From positions 16,090-80,089 of the forward strand of contig JBGSUL010000089.1 of the NCBI GenBank assembly GCA_041736155.1: a stretch of 64,000 nucleotides of DNA, given 5' to 3'. The stretch comes from Bdellovibrionales bacterium (lineage in GTDB: Bacteria > Bdellovibrionota > Bdellovibrionia > Bdellovibrionales > JAGQZY01). The position numbers and the translations under genes were made by a program. This document shows, one piece after another, positions 10,465-20,365 of this stretch; the stretch's first letter is position 1; every line of letters begins with the position of its first letter. The notes below the pieces were generated by a model. The model was not told where the DNA came from and searched no databases. It saw only the letters and a list, made by a program, of their open reading frames with translations.

Positions 10465-10800
10465 CTAGTTTTTTATCTTACTCAAGATTTCATCAATTTT
10501 TTGGCCAGAGACCACACTGTCGTCATTGACGAACTGGAGCTTCGGGCAAAATTTCATGCGCAAATGTTTCATGATTTGTCTTTGCATTTCGCCGGCTTGA
10601 TCTTGCAGCTCTTCCAAAGTTTCTTTTGACGCCGCATCTTTGCCCAAAGCACTGATATAAACTTTGGCGGCTCGTAAATCTTTAGATACGCGGACTTGGC
10701 TCACACTTAAGAGATGTCCGGTAAAATGGCGAACTACAAAACCGGAGACGATTTCACGGAGTTCTTTTTCAACTCTTTGAATACGTCTCCCATCACTCAT
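10465..10800 (-). CDS. rbfA: Ribosome-binding factor A
   Basis: RIQRV, VSKDLRAAKVY, PKLQFVND; lies between infB and truB. Confidence 0.95.
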   Translation of the reverse strand: MSDGRRIQRVEKELREIVSGFVVRHFTGHLLSVSQVRVSKDLRAAKVYISALGKDAASKETLEELQDQAGEMQRQIMKHLRMKFCPKLQFVNDDSVVSGQKIDEILSKIKN

Positions 10801-13553
10801 AGTTCACGAACCACGGACTCTTGGGTATAAGCCTCGATTTCATCGCCGACTTTAATGTCGTTGTAATTTTCGATACTGATACCGCACTCAAATCCGGTTT
10901 GCACTTCACGCGCATCATCTTTAAAGCGTTTGAGGTTGCTGATCTTTCCTTGATAAACAACTTTGCCTTCTCTCAACAAGCGCAACATGCTGTTGCGAGT
11001 GATCGAACCATCGGTCACGAAGCAACCCGCAATGGTTCCCACTTTGGGAACGGTAAAGATGTTGCGGACTTGCACACGACCCAAAACTTTCTCTCTAATA
11101 ATAGGATCAAGAAGTCCGGCCATCGCTTTTCTCATGTCATCGACGAGTTCGTAAACAACGGAGTACGTTTTGATTTCGACGCCTTTATTTTTAGCCGCAG
11201 CTTGCGCCCCTGTATCCGGACGCACGTTGAAACCGACAATCATGCCCTTGGTTGTACTCGCCAAAAGAACATCAGACTCGCTGATCGCGCCAATTCCGGT
11301 ATGAATCAGTTTTAATTTTACTTCACTGGTCGAGAGTTTATCAAAAAGTCCCTTTACGGCTTCTACAGAACCCGTCATGTCACATTTCAAAATGACCGCA
11401 AGTTCTTTCACATCGCCGGTTTTAATCTTGGAAAATAAATCTTCCAAGGTTGGTGGTTTAGCTTCTTTGGATTTAGCGATTTCTTCTTTGCGAACGCGGG
11501 CGATTTCTTCTGCAGCTTTGTCGTCTTTACAAACGTCAAAACGATCCCCGGCATTGGGACTTTCCGGCAAACCAATGATCTCCACTGGCATACTGGGTCC
11601 CGCTTCTTTTAGAACTTTCCCCGCATCATCATTAATCACACGCACGCGGGTGACCACAGTGCCAACGACTAACGATTGACCGACCTTGAGTGTTCCATCT
11701 TGAATTAAAAGTGTGGCAACGTTTCCACGTCCTCTTTCCACACGACTTTCGATCACAATACCCGTGGCCGAACGATCGGGACTGGCTTTAAGTTCCAATA
11801 CTTCCGCGAGAACAGAAACTTGTTCGAGAAGTTCGGCAATCCCATCACCTTTGAGCGCGGAGACAGGACAAAACTGTGTAGAACCGCCCCACTCTTCGGG
11901 AATCAATTCATACTCTGTCATCTGTTGTTTAATACGGTCAGGTGAAGCGTCAGGTTTATCCATTTTATTGACGGCCACAATGATCGGCACTTTGGCCGCT
12001 TTGGCGTGACTGATAGCTTCAATGGTTTGTGGCATCACACCGTCATCGGCGGCTACCACAAGAATCACGATATCCGTGAAGTTGGCTCCACGCGCACGCA
12101 TCGCGGTGAACGCTTCGTGGCCGGGAGTATCAATAAAGGTCACTTCCCCAAGTGTGGTCTTCACGCGATAGGCACCGATATGCTGAGTGATCCCTCCGGC
12201 TTCGCCGGCGGCCACTCGCGCTTTACGAATGGAATCCAAAAGTGTGGTTTTGCCATGATCGACGTGACCCATAACTGTAACCACAGGAGCACGGCTGACG
12301 AGATCTGCACCATCTTGTAAAGACGCTGCTTCTCTGATGAGTTCCACATCTGTTTTTTTGATATTTTGTGCTTCAAATTTAAACTCGGGAGCCACTAAGG
12401 CAATGGTGTCAAAATCGAGTGTGGCGTTGATATTTGCTGTCACACCATTGGTCATCAAGGCTCTGATCAATGCTGGAGCTTTAATGCCTAATGCCGCTGC
12501 AAGCTCTGATACCGACATGCTACCATGAACTTTGACAATGCGTTTGTGAGCGGCCGGCATAGTAATTTGTGTTTTTCTAATGGGGCCCTCGGCAATTTTC
12601 TTTTTCTTTGGCTGGAAAACCAGCTCGCGCTTCATAAAGTCAGCAGACACAAAAGATGGAGGTGCTTGCTCTTTATCTTTGGCCGGAACGACCGGTGTCA
12701 TCACTCGACGTTTTTTATCTTTATTACGATCATCGGCCTCGCTGGCAATTGGCGGTGCTTCTTCGGGAGTTTGCGAAATAAAACCTGTTCGCAAGTTACT
12801 GCGATTGGTTGTTTTTGTTTGGCGCGCCTGTGGCAATTGGCTGACACGATTGAGATCCATACGGCCAACAATGTTTCTCTTTACAGAGCGAACACCACTG
12901 ATGGGTCCATCTTCGGTCATCAAAACTTCGCGCTTACGTGGACCTGTCACGGCGGATTTGTCTTCGACAGCAGAGACAGGTGCTGTCGCAGCAACAACAG
13001 GAGCCACAGCGACGGGGGTTGTTGTTGCTTCAGGTGTCGACGTCAGCACAGTAGATGTCGGCGTCGATTCTTCTTCTGCCTCTGGGGTTACAACGGCTGG
13101 TGTTTCTTCGCCCTCGAAGGCTTGTGCTACTTTTTCTTCAGCGACGGCTTCTTCAGCCTCTGTCTTTTTACGACGAATCACTGTTTTTGATGCGACTTTG
13201 GCTGCAGGTTTGACCTCAGCTGCTTTATTCGCGAGTGGAGTTTTTGTCGCCGCTTTGACAACCGTCGTTTTGGTCGGCTTTTTTGCGACTTTCGCTGGCG
13301 CTTCTGCGTCCGCGTCTTTGCTTTCGCTGGTGGCTTTTTTAGCAACTTTCTTAGTCACTTTTTTCTTACCGGAGTCGTCTTTCCCCGATTTCGACTCTTC
13401 ATTGAGCTTCGTACGAATTTGCTCGATGAGATCGTCTGTCAAATCAGCCATGTGGCTCTTGATAGGCAGTCCCCACTTACGGATTTTATCCATAAGAGTG
13501 AGCGTTTCCACGCCGATTTCTTTTGCAAATTCATAGACTTTTTGTGTCGTCAA
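10797..13553 (-). CDS. infB: Translation initiation factor IF-2
   Basis: [32 protein letters not shown]; TTG start. Confidence 0.99.
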   Translation of the reverse strand: MTTQKVYEFAKEIGVETLTLMDKIRKWGLPIKSHMADLTDDLIEQIRTKLNEESKSGKDDSGKKKVTKKVAKKATSESKDADAEAPAKVAKKPTKTTVVKAATKTPLANKAAEVKPAAKVASKTVIRRKKTEAEEAVAEEKVAQAFEGEETPAVVTPEAEEESTPTSTVLTSTPEATTTPVAVAPVVAATAPVSAVEDKSAVTGPRKREVLMTEDGPISGVRSVKRNIVGRMDLNRVSQLPQARQTKTTNRSNLRTGFISQTPEEAPPIASEADDRNKDKKRRVMTPVVPAKDKEQAPPSFVSADFMKRELVFQPKKKKIAEGPIRKTQITMPAAHKRIVKVHGSMSVSELAAALGIKAPALIRALMTNGVTANINATLDFDTIALVAPEFKFEAQNIKKTDVELIREAASLQDGADLVSRAPVVTVMGHVDHGKTTLLDSIRKARVAAGEAGGITQHIGAYRVKTTLGEVTFIDTPGHEAFTAMRARGANFTDIVILVVAADDGVMPQTIEAISHAKAAKVPIIVAVNKMDKPDASPDRIKQQMTEYELIPEEWGGSTQFCPVSALKGDGIAELLEQVSVLAEVLELKASPDRSATGIVIESRVERGRGNVATLLIQDGTLKVGQSLVVGTVVTRVRVINDDAGKVLKEAGPSMPVEIIGLPESPNAGDRFDVCKDDKAAEEIARVRKEEIAKSKEAKPPTLEDLFSKIKTGDVKELAVILKCDMTGSVEAVKGLFDKLSTSEVKLKLIHTGIGAISESDVLLASTTKGMIVGFNVRPDTGAQAAAKNKGVEIKTYSVVYELVDDMRKAMAGLLDPIIREKVLGRVQVRNIFTVPKVGTIAGCFVTDGSITRNSMLRLLREGKVVYQGKISNLKRFKDDAREVQTGFECGISIENYNDIKVGDEIEAYTQESVVREL

Positions 13554-13572
13554 ATGATCTCCCTTGAGAAGC

Positions 13573-15021
13573 TTAAGTAAGCTTCACATCCTCATCGGAT
13601 GTTGTTTTTTCAGTGTCGGCCGTCTCAGCTGTCTCTTCTGTGACTTTCAGCTTCGCCATTTGTTCTCTCAGTTGTTGTTCTGCTTGTTGTTTTGCATCGC
13701 CTTTGACTTCGTGAGCTTCCATGGTCACTGGCGCTTTAGGAATTTCAATTCCTTCATCTTGATACTTCTTCACAAGGTTCTTCGCTTCGTCGATCAAAGC
13801 TTGCGCTTTTTCTTCAGCTTCGTAACCCGCAATGGCCATCACTTCTTTCACGTTGGCATCCGCGATGGATTGGAACGAACCAAAACCACTTTGAAAAATA
13901 TTTTGTGCCATCGTATCTGACATTCCCGGTAACAACATAAGATTGAAAATCGACTCGGCAGTCCGCGCCGAAGCATTGGCTTCAGAAATAATATCGATTT
14001 TCCAGGTTGTCAGCTTAGAAGCCAAACGCACGTTTTGACCTTTTTTACCAATGGCCAAGCTCAATTGCGAATCGGCAACCACAATTTCCATTTCTTTTGA
14101 ATTCTCGTCAAGGAACACGCGCGAAATTTCAGCCGGTGCTAAAGCATTGCACGCAAAACGGGTAATGTCCTCGTCCCACTCAACGATATCGATTTTTTCG
14201 CCCTTGAGCTCTTGCACGATGGTTTGCACTCGTGAGCCCTTCATGCCCACGCACGCGCCCACAGGATCAACCGTCGAGTCTTTGCTGTAAACGGCAATCT
14301 TAGCACGCTGTCCTGGCTCTCTCGCGGCGGCCATGATTTGCACAATGCCGTCGTAGATTTCTGGAACTTCCGCTTCGAAAAGTTTTACTAAATAATCAGG
14401 ATGAGCCCGCGACATAATGATCTGTGGCCCTTTGGTCGTTTGACGTACATCGAGAAGATGTCCTTGAATACGATCGCCGGGTTTAAACGTTTCACCAGGA
14501 ATTTGCTCACGCGGCGGCATCAATGCTTCGGTTTTTCCCAAATCGACAATAATGTGATTACGCTCAATACGACGAATGATCCCAGAAGCCACTTCCCCTT
14601 TGCGCGCTTCAAACTCGTTGAAGATAATTTCGCGTTCGGCATCGCGGACTTTTTGTAAGATAATTTGTTTAGCGGTTTGTGCGGCGATACGTCCCAAGTC
14701 AGACGTGTCTAACTTAATACCGATTTGATCATGCATCTGGGCATCGGGATCCAGCTTGCGAGCGTTCTCCATGGTGATTTCGATTTCTTCATCTTCAAAA
14801 TCTTCATCGGGAACAACTTCATTAAATTGGAAAAGTTCCACTTCGCCGGTTTCTTCGTTGTACTGGGCTTCGATATCTCTGTAAGTGCCATACACTTTGC
14901 GTGCAGCTACCAACATACCTTGGACCACGGCATCGATGATTAATTTTTTTTCGATTCCTTTATCCTTACCTAATTGGTCGATCACTCTGTTTAGGTCAGA
15001 AAACATTCCATCTGCTGCCAT
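13573..15021 (-). CDS. nusA: Transcription termination factor NusA
   Basis: GRIAAQTAKQ, VPEIYDG, AREPG, AIGKKGQNVRLA. Confidence 0.99.
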   Translation of the reverse strand: MAADGMFSDLNRVIDQLGKDKGIEKKLIIDAVVQGMLVAARKVYGTYRDIEAQYNEETGEVELFQFNEVVPDEDFEDEEIEITMENARKLDPDAQMHDQIGIKLDTSDLGRIAAQTAKQIILQKVRDAEREIIFNEFEARKGEVASGIIRRIERNHIIVDLGKTEALMPPREQIPGETFKPGDRIQGHLLDVRQTTKGPQIIMSRAHPDYLVKLFEAEVPEIYDGIVQIMAAAREPGQRAKIAVYSKDSTVDPVGACVGMKGSRVQTIVQELKGEKIDIVEWDEDITRFACNALAPAEISRVFLDENSKEMEIVVADSQLSLAIGKKGQNVRLASKLTTWKIDIISEANASARTAESIFNLMLLPGMSDTMAQNIFQSGFGSFQSIADANVKEVMAIAGYEAEEKAQALIDEAKNLVKKYQDEGIEIPKAPVTMEAHEVKGDAKQQAEQQLREQMAKLKVTEETAETADTEKTTSDEDVKLT

Positions 15022-15030
15022 CGGTGCTCC

Positions 15031-15540
15031 TTATTGCTTTTTTCCGTAATCAAAGACCACATTGGCTTTTGCCACGGTCTCGAGGGGAACTTTTAACATT
15101 TTTCCTTCAAATTCGATGTCTAATTGCTGGTCTTGAAATCCGGTGACCGTACCGGTGAGTTTTTTGCGTGCTGCCAGGTGAGGTTCAATTTGCGGGAGAA
15201 TTTGTCCCAACGGTTTGAAAAGACTGACGGCGATGGACTTGCCCACGCTTTGCTCATAATGCCACGGCTTTTTGAGTTCGCGCTCGATCCCAGGACTGGA
15301 AACTTCCAGATTGTAGGCTCCATCAATGGGATCCTCCACATCTAAAACTAAACTCAGTGCCTTGGAAAACTCCGAGCAATCCTCTAAAGAGACTTTTTCT
15401 GTGACGTCGGCGCGGTCGATAAAAATACGCAATGTCTTTCCGCGACCAGAACCAAAAAGCTCCAGATCATAAACCTTTAGACCCTTGTGGCTGGCGATAC
15501 GATCCGCCAATTCTGTTAATTTTAAAACAGTTGAATTCAT
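15031..15540 (-). CDS. rimP: Ribosome maturation factor RimP
   Basis: LRIFID, YNLEVSSPGIER; first gene of the nusA operon. Confidence 0.96.
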   Translation of the reverse strand: MNSTVLKLTELADRIASHKGLKVYDLELFGSGRGKTLRIFIDRADVTEKVSLEDCSEFSKALSLVLDVEDPIDGAYNLEVSSPGIERELKKPWHYEQSVGKSIAVSLFKPLGQILPQIEPHLAARKKLTGTVTGFQDQQLDIEFEGKMLKVPLETVAKANVVFDYGKKQ

Positions 15541-15548
15541 AAGCTCTC

Positions 15549-15574
15549 AAAATATAAAGGCCCCATAGGGGCCT
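15549..15574 (-). promoter_or_regulatory. rimP-leader hairpin with U-rich tail (putative attenuator)
   Basis: AGGCCCC-TAT-GGGGCCT followed by TTATATTTT just upstream of the rimP ATG. Confidence 0.6.
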
Positions 15575-15634
15575 GTTGAATGTCCGTTTTTAACAAAGCC
15601 TCAAAAAAAAGGCAAGACAATGCTCAAAAATCTC

Positions 15635-16054
15635 TTAAAAATTGAATAAAATCGCTGCGCTACCGTCGCGGTAGTAATGCGGGCGACGGCCCACTTGGTG
15701 AAATCCTTTTTTTAGATAAAGATCCCGTGCGGTTAGGTTGTCTTCGCGACACTCCAACCAGATCTCTCGCCCCGCCTCTTCGGCAAGAAAGCGCTCTAAA
15801 AGCCGCCCCATAACTCCGCTATGCCGCACGACAGGCGAAGTGCCTAAAAAAAGGATCTCCACCAGATCTGGTGCCGGCCGAACGTAGCTGATCAACGCGG
15901 TGAGCTCTTGCCCGCCCGTTTCCACAAACAAATGGTTTTGCACACAATTTTTAAATAACAGATCGTGTGTCCAACCATTTTTAAAAAGCTCTTGAGCACA
16001 GAAAGAATGAATCCATGTTTCGAGTTCCCAATCCTTGGGCGCTATCCTTTGCAG
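15635..16054 (-). CDS. rimI: GNAT acetyltransferase, RimI-like (probable CTG start)
   Basis: WLECREDNLTARDLYLKKGF..VGRRPHYY.DG; the frame stays open to CTG at 16054, 5 nt after AAGGAGG. Confidence 0.8.
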   Translation of the reverse strand: MQRIAPKDWELETWIHSFCAQELFKNGWTHDLLFKNCVQNHLFVETGGQELTALISYVRPAPDLVEILFLGTSPVVRHSGVMGRLLERFLAEEAGREIWLECREDNLTARDLYLKKGFHQVGRRPHYYRDGSAAILFNF

Positions 16055-16081
16055 TCATGCCTCCTTGGCCTCTATCACCAG

Positions 16082-16687
16082 TTACTTCACCTTGTAGCCC
16101 GAATAATAGACCACTCCATGGGTTCTAATAACGGCAGCCATCCAATCGCGAAAACGCTCGTGGTTTTTCTGCGCACGCAAGGTGTTCTGAATCTTCTCGC
16201 GCAACTCCTCGAGGGGTTTATGTCCCAATTGATTTTTATTTTGCATATAATAGCTCTGTACGGCCTCGTCACTGACAGCATAGAGATCTCGTGGCATTTT
16301 GAGATTGAGGATCTGCTGCACGGTCAACTTCCTTAAAACATGCGGGCGTAACTCCGCAGGAGGCACATGCAAACTTTGCCATAGACGATCCTTCTGCAAT
16401 TGTGCGGACCATTTGTTCTGTGTGCTGTCTAAATCAGCATCTGACACTTTTACCACCAAAAGCGATTGCGCCTCTTTGACGATCAGATATTCACTGACCA
16501 GGTCTTTCAATGGGTCGGCGCGATCGACAAAATCTTTGAGCGGATTGTCAATTTCGTTGAGGAAGAGATGAATTTGCAAATCGCGAGACGTGATCACACT
16601 GTCCCCGACACGCGCGAGTGCCGCCACAACAACCTCAGGTTCTGCCGCCATCGATATATTTAAAACGAGAAGTAAAATTCCCCACAT
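16082..16687 (-). CDS. SurA N-terminal-domain-like periplasmic protein
   Basis: Signal peptide; ARVGDSVITSRDL, VSDEAVQSYY..NK, LEELREKI...L. Confidence 0.65.
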   Translation of the reverse strand: MWGILLLVLNISMAAEPEVVVAALARVGDSVITSRDLQIHLFLNEIDNPLKDFVDRADPLKDLVSEYLIVKEAQSLLVVKVSDADLDSTQNKWSAQLQKDRLWQSLHVPPAELRPHVLRKLTVQQILNLKMPRDLYAVSDEAVQSYYMQNKNQLGHKPLEELREKIQNTLRAQKNHERFRDWMAAVIRTHGVVYYSGYKVK

Positions 16688-16724
16688 AGGTAAACACTAA
16701 CATTGTCGTGAGGCCTGAGACAGT

Positions 16725-16756
16725 AAAAAAAAAGCCCAGTCAGGAGCTGACTGGGC
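16725..16756 (-). terminator. Rho-independent terminator of 16794..18146
   Basis: 10-bp stem GCCCAGTCAG/CTGACTGGGC followed by 9 T on the minus strand. Confidence 0.88.
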
Positions 16757-16793
16757 GTGTGCTAAAGGGGGACGCAGTATCTAACTTACTTGA

Positions 16794-18146
16794 TTAATAA
16801 ATGGACCATTTTGCTGTTAACATAAGAATCTGTTTGTTTTGTGCTTCAATAGGATCCGAGTAGTTATTATAACCGCCGTAGCGACCATAATTTCCGTTAC
16901 CGTTGTAACCGTTATTACGATAACCGCCACCACCGTAACCGTTGCTGTATTGGCTGCCTCCGTAATAAGTGTTATCAGAGTCTCTCTCGAAAGTAATATT
17001 GCTCATGAATGTATAAGCTAAGGATACGCTGAGTGTTCTGCTCACTCGAACATCCACACCCACAACTAAACCACCATCCAAGGCTGTCGACGAAGTGCTA
17101 TCGTTTGAATAACGTCCGCCACCGTAACCACCGTTATTCCAAGGATTTTGGAAATCACGATAGGTAAAGGCGAGATTCGCTCCGATAAACGGCGTGATTC
17201 CATAACCGACACCAAAATTATAGTTAAGACCTAATCCCAAAGTGTACTGGTCGACATCCTGATAAGCCGGAGAGTATTGGCCATCGATAAGCTCAGAGCT
17301 GTAAGGGCTCATTTCTATATTGGAGTATAAAAATGTTCCGTTAAAACTGAAACCTGTTGCGTAGTTGGTACCAAATTGTAAACCATAACCCACATCACCA
17401 GTGATATTGTCTGGCGGATTCATAAAAGCCAAAGTGGGCCCAACAAAGAAGGAATCATATCCAAAATACGAATAATTGGAAGTTGCATAGTTGCTGTTGC
17501 TTCCGTAGCTGTTGTTTCCATAGCTACCACCGTTGTTATAGTTGGCGCCAGTGCCGTAAGCCGCTCCGCCGTTATTATAACCATCATTGTTGTTGTTATA
17601 GTTGTTACCGTTATTGTAACCACCACCGTAAGCGCCATTGCTATAGCTGGTGTTAAAAACTTTTTGTGCGCGATATCTTTCATCTTCGATGCGCGAATAT
17701 TCGAGCTGGTTCACAGCTGCATCGTTGACTTGATACTCTAGATTTCTACGAACATTGGATAAATTCGAACCATATTGATTATTGTAGTCAAGCTGGCTAT
17801 TCGCATTTGCGTACCCATCAGCAGCTGATGTTGTCGCCGCTTTTTGTTTATTCGCATTCGAGTTCGCATTGTAAATATTAATTTGCGGACTGCTTTGCGT
17901 ATTGCTCGCATCGTTCGCACCTTTGAAATTATCAATTTGCGAAGTATCCGCGCCATTTGTGTAATTGTTGCTGGTGTCTTGACTCTCATTATAGTCAGGA
18001 TCATTCCCACGATAATTGTTATCTACATAGGGACGCGCATATGCAGGTCCAACGTTTTGATAACCAGGTCGTATGTTGCCGCCATATTGTGCAGATGCCA
18101 CACTTGCACCTAATACAACCAGCAACGTTAATAATTTTTGTCCCAT
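16794..18146 (-). CDS. Outer-membrane beta-barrel protein with N/G/Y-rich low-complexity regions
   Basis: Signal peptide, AGGAGG RBS, Asn/Gly/Tyr tracts, amphipathic strands, C-terminal WSIY. Confidence 0.78.
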   Translation of the reverse strand: MGQKLLTLLVVLGASVASAQYGGNIRPGYQNVGPAYARPYVDNNYRGNDPDYNESQDTSNNYTNGADTSQIDNFKGANDASNTQSSPQINIYNANSNANKQKAATTSAADGYANANSQLDYNNQYGSNLSNVRRNLEYQVNDAAVNQLEYSRIEDERYRAQKVFNTSYSNGAYGGGYNNGNNYNNNNDGYNNGGAAYGTGANYNNGGSYGNNSYGSNSNYATSNYSYFGYDSFFVGPTLAFMNPPDNITGDVGYGLQFGTNYATGFSFNGTFLYSNIEMSPYSSELIDGQYSPAYQDVDQYTLGLGLNYNFGVGYGITPFIGANLAFTYRDFQNPWNNGGYGGGRYSNDSTSSTALDGGLVVGVDVRVSRTLSVSLAYTFMSNITFERDSDNTYYGGSQYSNGYGGGGYRNNGYNGNGNYGRYGGYNNYSDPIEAQNKQILMLTAKWSIY

Positions 18147-18187
18147 CTGTTCCTCCTAAGCCTTTAGCGTTTTACGTCACCCTAATT

Positions 18188-18203
18188 AGCAAGGGCCGTT
18201 CCA
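18188..18203 (-). promoter_or_regulatory. Putative sigma-54 (-24/-12) promoter
   Basis: TGGAACGGCCCTTGCT gives GG-N10-GC, about 40 nt upstream of ATG 18146. Confidence 0.6.
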
Positions 18204-18409
18204 CTTTTTTACTCATGCAGATTATTCGTGTATTTTATTGATTTTACTTAGTTTTTTCGATCAACTGGTTCCAGATTGGAATCACTTATGGTTGGCATAA
18301 CATTTTTTTTGGCTTGTGTTCACTAGCTAACGATTTGACACCTCTGAAAATAATTCTTGCTCGTCGCGACGCTATCATTTAGCTTCATGAGCTCTTAATT
18401 TGTTCCTGT

Positions 18410-18496
18410 GGCCTTTTGGCGGAACTGGTAGACGCGCACGATTCAAAATCGTGTGGGCTTACGCTCATCCGAGTTCGATTCTCGGAAAGGCCACCA
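18410..18496 (+). tRNA. tRNA-Leu (anticodon CAA)
   Basis: Acceptor stem GGCCTTT/AAAGGCC, anticodon arm CACGA-TTCAAAA-TCGTG, long variable arm, GTTCGATTC, encoded CCA. Confidence 0.97.
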
Positions 18497-18629
18497 CTTC
18501 AAAGATGGCGACCGCTGGTCGCCTTTGCTGGCTCCGTAATCTTTTGCGTTCTGTTGATTGGTCGCTCCGCTCCGGTTCGTGATGACCACGTTTCTTGCCA
18601 GTTTTTGCAATTTCTATTAGGATTTATTC

Positions 18630-19343
18630 ATGTGGATCTTAAGTTCTCTCATCTCAATGGCCTTGGCTTCTTCTCCCACAGCTTTTTCGGCGCGCTTTGA
18701 ATTAGGGGTGGCACAAAATACCAAAAATGAGTTTCAAATCCCCAACAACAGTGGCACAGCCTTCTCTCTTCCCAACAATAGTGTCCCTTATGGCCGCTTT
18801 GAAGGCGTTTGGAATATGAAACCCTCCCATGCCCTTCGCTTGGTCATCGCCCCCTTCGAGATCGAAAACGAAATCACCTCTTCCACGCCTCTATTATTTG
18901 AAAACCAAAATTTTGCGGCCAACACACCGACCACTGTGGGTTTTAAATTTAACTCTTACCGTCTTGGTTATCTCTACAACTTCCACAATTCAGAGCGCTG
19001 GACGTGGACTTTGGGCGCCACATTAAAGGCTCGCGATGCCTCTATTTATGTCGAACAAAATGGAGTTCAGGAAAAATTCACAGATTTTGGTTTTGTTCCC
19101 CTCCTTTATCTTGGCGCTCGCTACCAACTTTCAACGGATTGGTTTTTCCATTTCAACCTTGATGGAGCCGGCAGTCCTCAAGGGCGGGCCATTGATGCTC
19201 TTAGCGAATTCCAATACACTTACCGAGAGCAATCACAAATAGGCATTGGCTTTCGCTGGCTTGATGGTGGCGCTGACAACGAAAAGATCAAAAACTTTGC
19301 GACGATTCAATATTGGCTGGTCAGTGCCACACATTTTTTTTAG
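18630..19343 (+). CDS. Outer-membrane beta-barrel protein
   Basis: Signal peptide, alternating strands, C-terminal Phe. Confidence 0.72.
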   Translation: MWILSSLISMALASSPTAFSARFELGVAQNTKNEFQIPNNSGTAFSLPNNSVPYGRFEGVWNMKPSHALRLVIAPFEIENEITSSTPLLFENQNFAANTPTTVGFKFNSYRLGYLYNFHNSERWTWTLGATLKARDASIYVEQNGVQEKFTDFGFVPLLYLGARYQLSTDWFFHFNLDGAGSPQGRAIDALSEFQYTYREQSQIGIGFRWLDGGADNEKIKNFATIQYWLVSATHFF

Positions 19344-19438
19344 CCTAGAGAAAACAACGAAAAATAGAATTGGATCTGGCAGAGGTTACTTTCACCTATT
19401 ATCTTGCGGATACCCCGCCCTTAAGTAATCATTGACCC

Positions 19439-19804
19439 ATGATCAAGCATGTTCGCATTCACCACAATTTTATGAAGGATTATCTCAGAGATCTCTTTAA
19501 GGCGCTCTTTCGACCCGCCATGATCTTTCTCTTTTTTTTATCATTATCGTTGATCCTGGCTTCGGCATTTTTATTCTTTTATCTTGAGCATCCTATAAAT
19601 AAAAATATCAGCGAGTTTTTAGATGCTCTTTATTATATTGTGTCCATATTCACAGGAGTGGGCCTGGGCGACATCGCGCCGATCACCAAACAAGGACGAG
19701 TTCTTTCCATGTTTGTCATGTTTATCGGTACGGCTATTTATGTCAGTCTGGCTGGGGTTGTGGCGGCGACAATTATCGAACTTGAATCTGCGAGACGGAA
19801 ATAA
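19439..19804 (+). CDS. Two-TM ion channel pore protein (KcsA / Ion_trans_2-like)
   Basis: TM-FLDALYY..S.FTGVGLGDIAPIT..GR-TM. Confidence 0.85.
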   Translation: MIKHVRIHHNFMKDYLRDLFKALFRPAMIFLFFLSLSLILASAFLFFYLEHPINKNISEFLDALYYIVSIFTGVGLGDIAPITKQGRVLSMFVMFIGTAIYVSLAGVVAATIIELESARRK

Positions 19805-19831
19805 CCCCGCCTTATTGTGATGTGAGGGGGC

Positions 19832-19867
19832 TTGCTCAAGAGGCTGTCATCTTGAGCAAAGCGAAGG
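19832..19867. repeat. REP-like palindrome, degenerate copy of the 20303 element
   Basis: TTGCTCAAGA/TCTTGAGCAA IR; TCTTGAGCAAAGCGAAGG resembles TCCTGAGCGCAGCGAAGG. Confidence 0.55.
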
Positions 19868-19878
19868 TTTTCTACGAC

Positions 19879-20166
19879 TTAGATAACGGAAGATATTTTG
19901 CAAATGGCTCTGACCTTTGTGGACAGCACTCGTTTGCCATCGTGGTTACGAATTTCAGAAATCTCTATAACATCTACTTCGACTTGAAAATCAGAAGTCT
20001 TATATCTATTACATTGTCCTTCTACCTGATTCATCGCCGCATCGAGACTATATAAATATCCAGACTCAACAAACCTGTTCATGGGTTGTGATTGTTGGGC
20101 GTGGGCGAACGGTGCGATCAGCGTGCTGAGCACCAATACTGAATTCATTAGACAAGACTTAAACAT
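19879..20166 (-). CDS. Small secreted hypothetical protein
   Basis: Signal peptide ending AHA-Q; two Cys in the mature part. Confidence 0.6.
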   Translation of the reverse strand: MFKSCLMNSVLVLSTLIAPFAHAQQSQPMNRFVESGYLYSLDAAMNQVEGQCNRYKTSDFQVEVDVIEISEIRNHDGKRVLSTKVRAICKISSVI

Positions 20167-20302
20167 GCTTTCTTGGGTTTAAATTTAGGAACTAGGAAGT
20201 GTCTATGCAAGCGTGCCAATTTCGTTTTAAGCAATATAACAGATAACAGAGCGCGCTTTACGGCACTGTGGAGACCAGCTTGAATATGAAGGGTGAGGGC
20301 TG

Positions 20303-20358
20303 AGGTCCTTCGCTGCGCTCAGGAAGTCTCGATGAGTCCTGAGCGCAGCGAAGGACCT
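20303..20358. repeat. REP-like perfect 22-bp inverted repeat
   Basis: AGGTCCTTCGCTGCGCTCAGGA-12 nt-TCCTGAGCGCAGCGAAGGACCT. Confidence 0.85.
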
Positions 20359-20365
20359 ACTGTAT

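Noticed and set aside
12525-13536. Long plus-strand ORFs (221 and 318 aa)
   Set aside because: Antisense shadows of the low-complexity N-terminus of infB
16850-17950. CRISPR or tandem DNA repeat array
   Set aside because: The repetitiveness reflects Asn/Gly/Tyr codons within a coding sequence; there is no fixed repeat-spacer period
18400-18700. ORFs 18400..18582 and 18416..18700
   Set aside because: They overlap the tRNA-Leu gene and have no protein features
20205-20220. Sigma-54 promoter TGGCACGCTTGC upstream of 19879..20166
   Set aside because: GG-to-GC spacing is too short for the required N10
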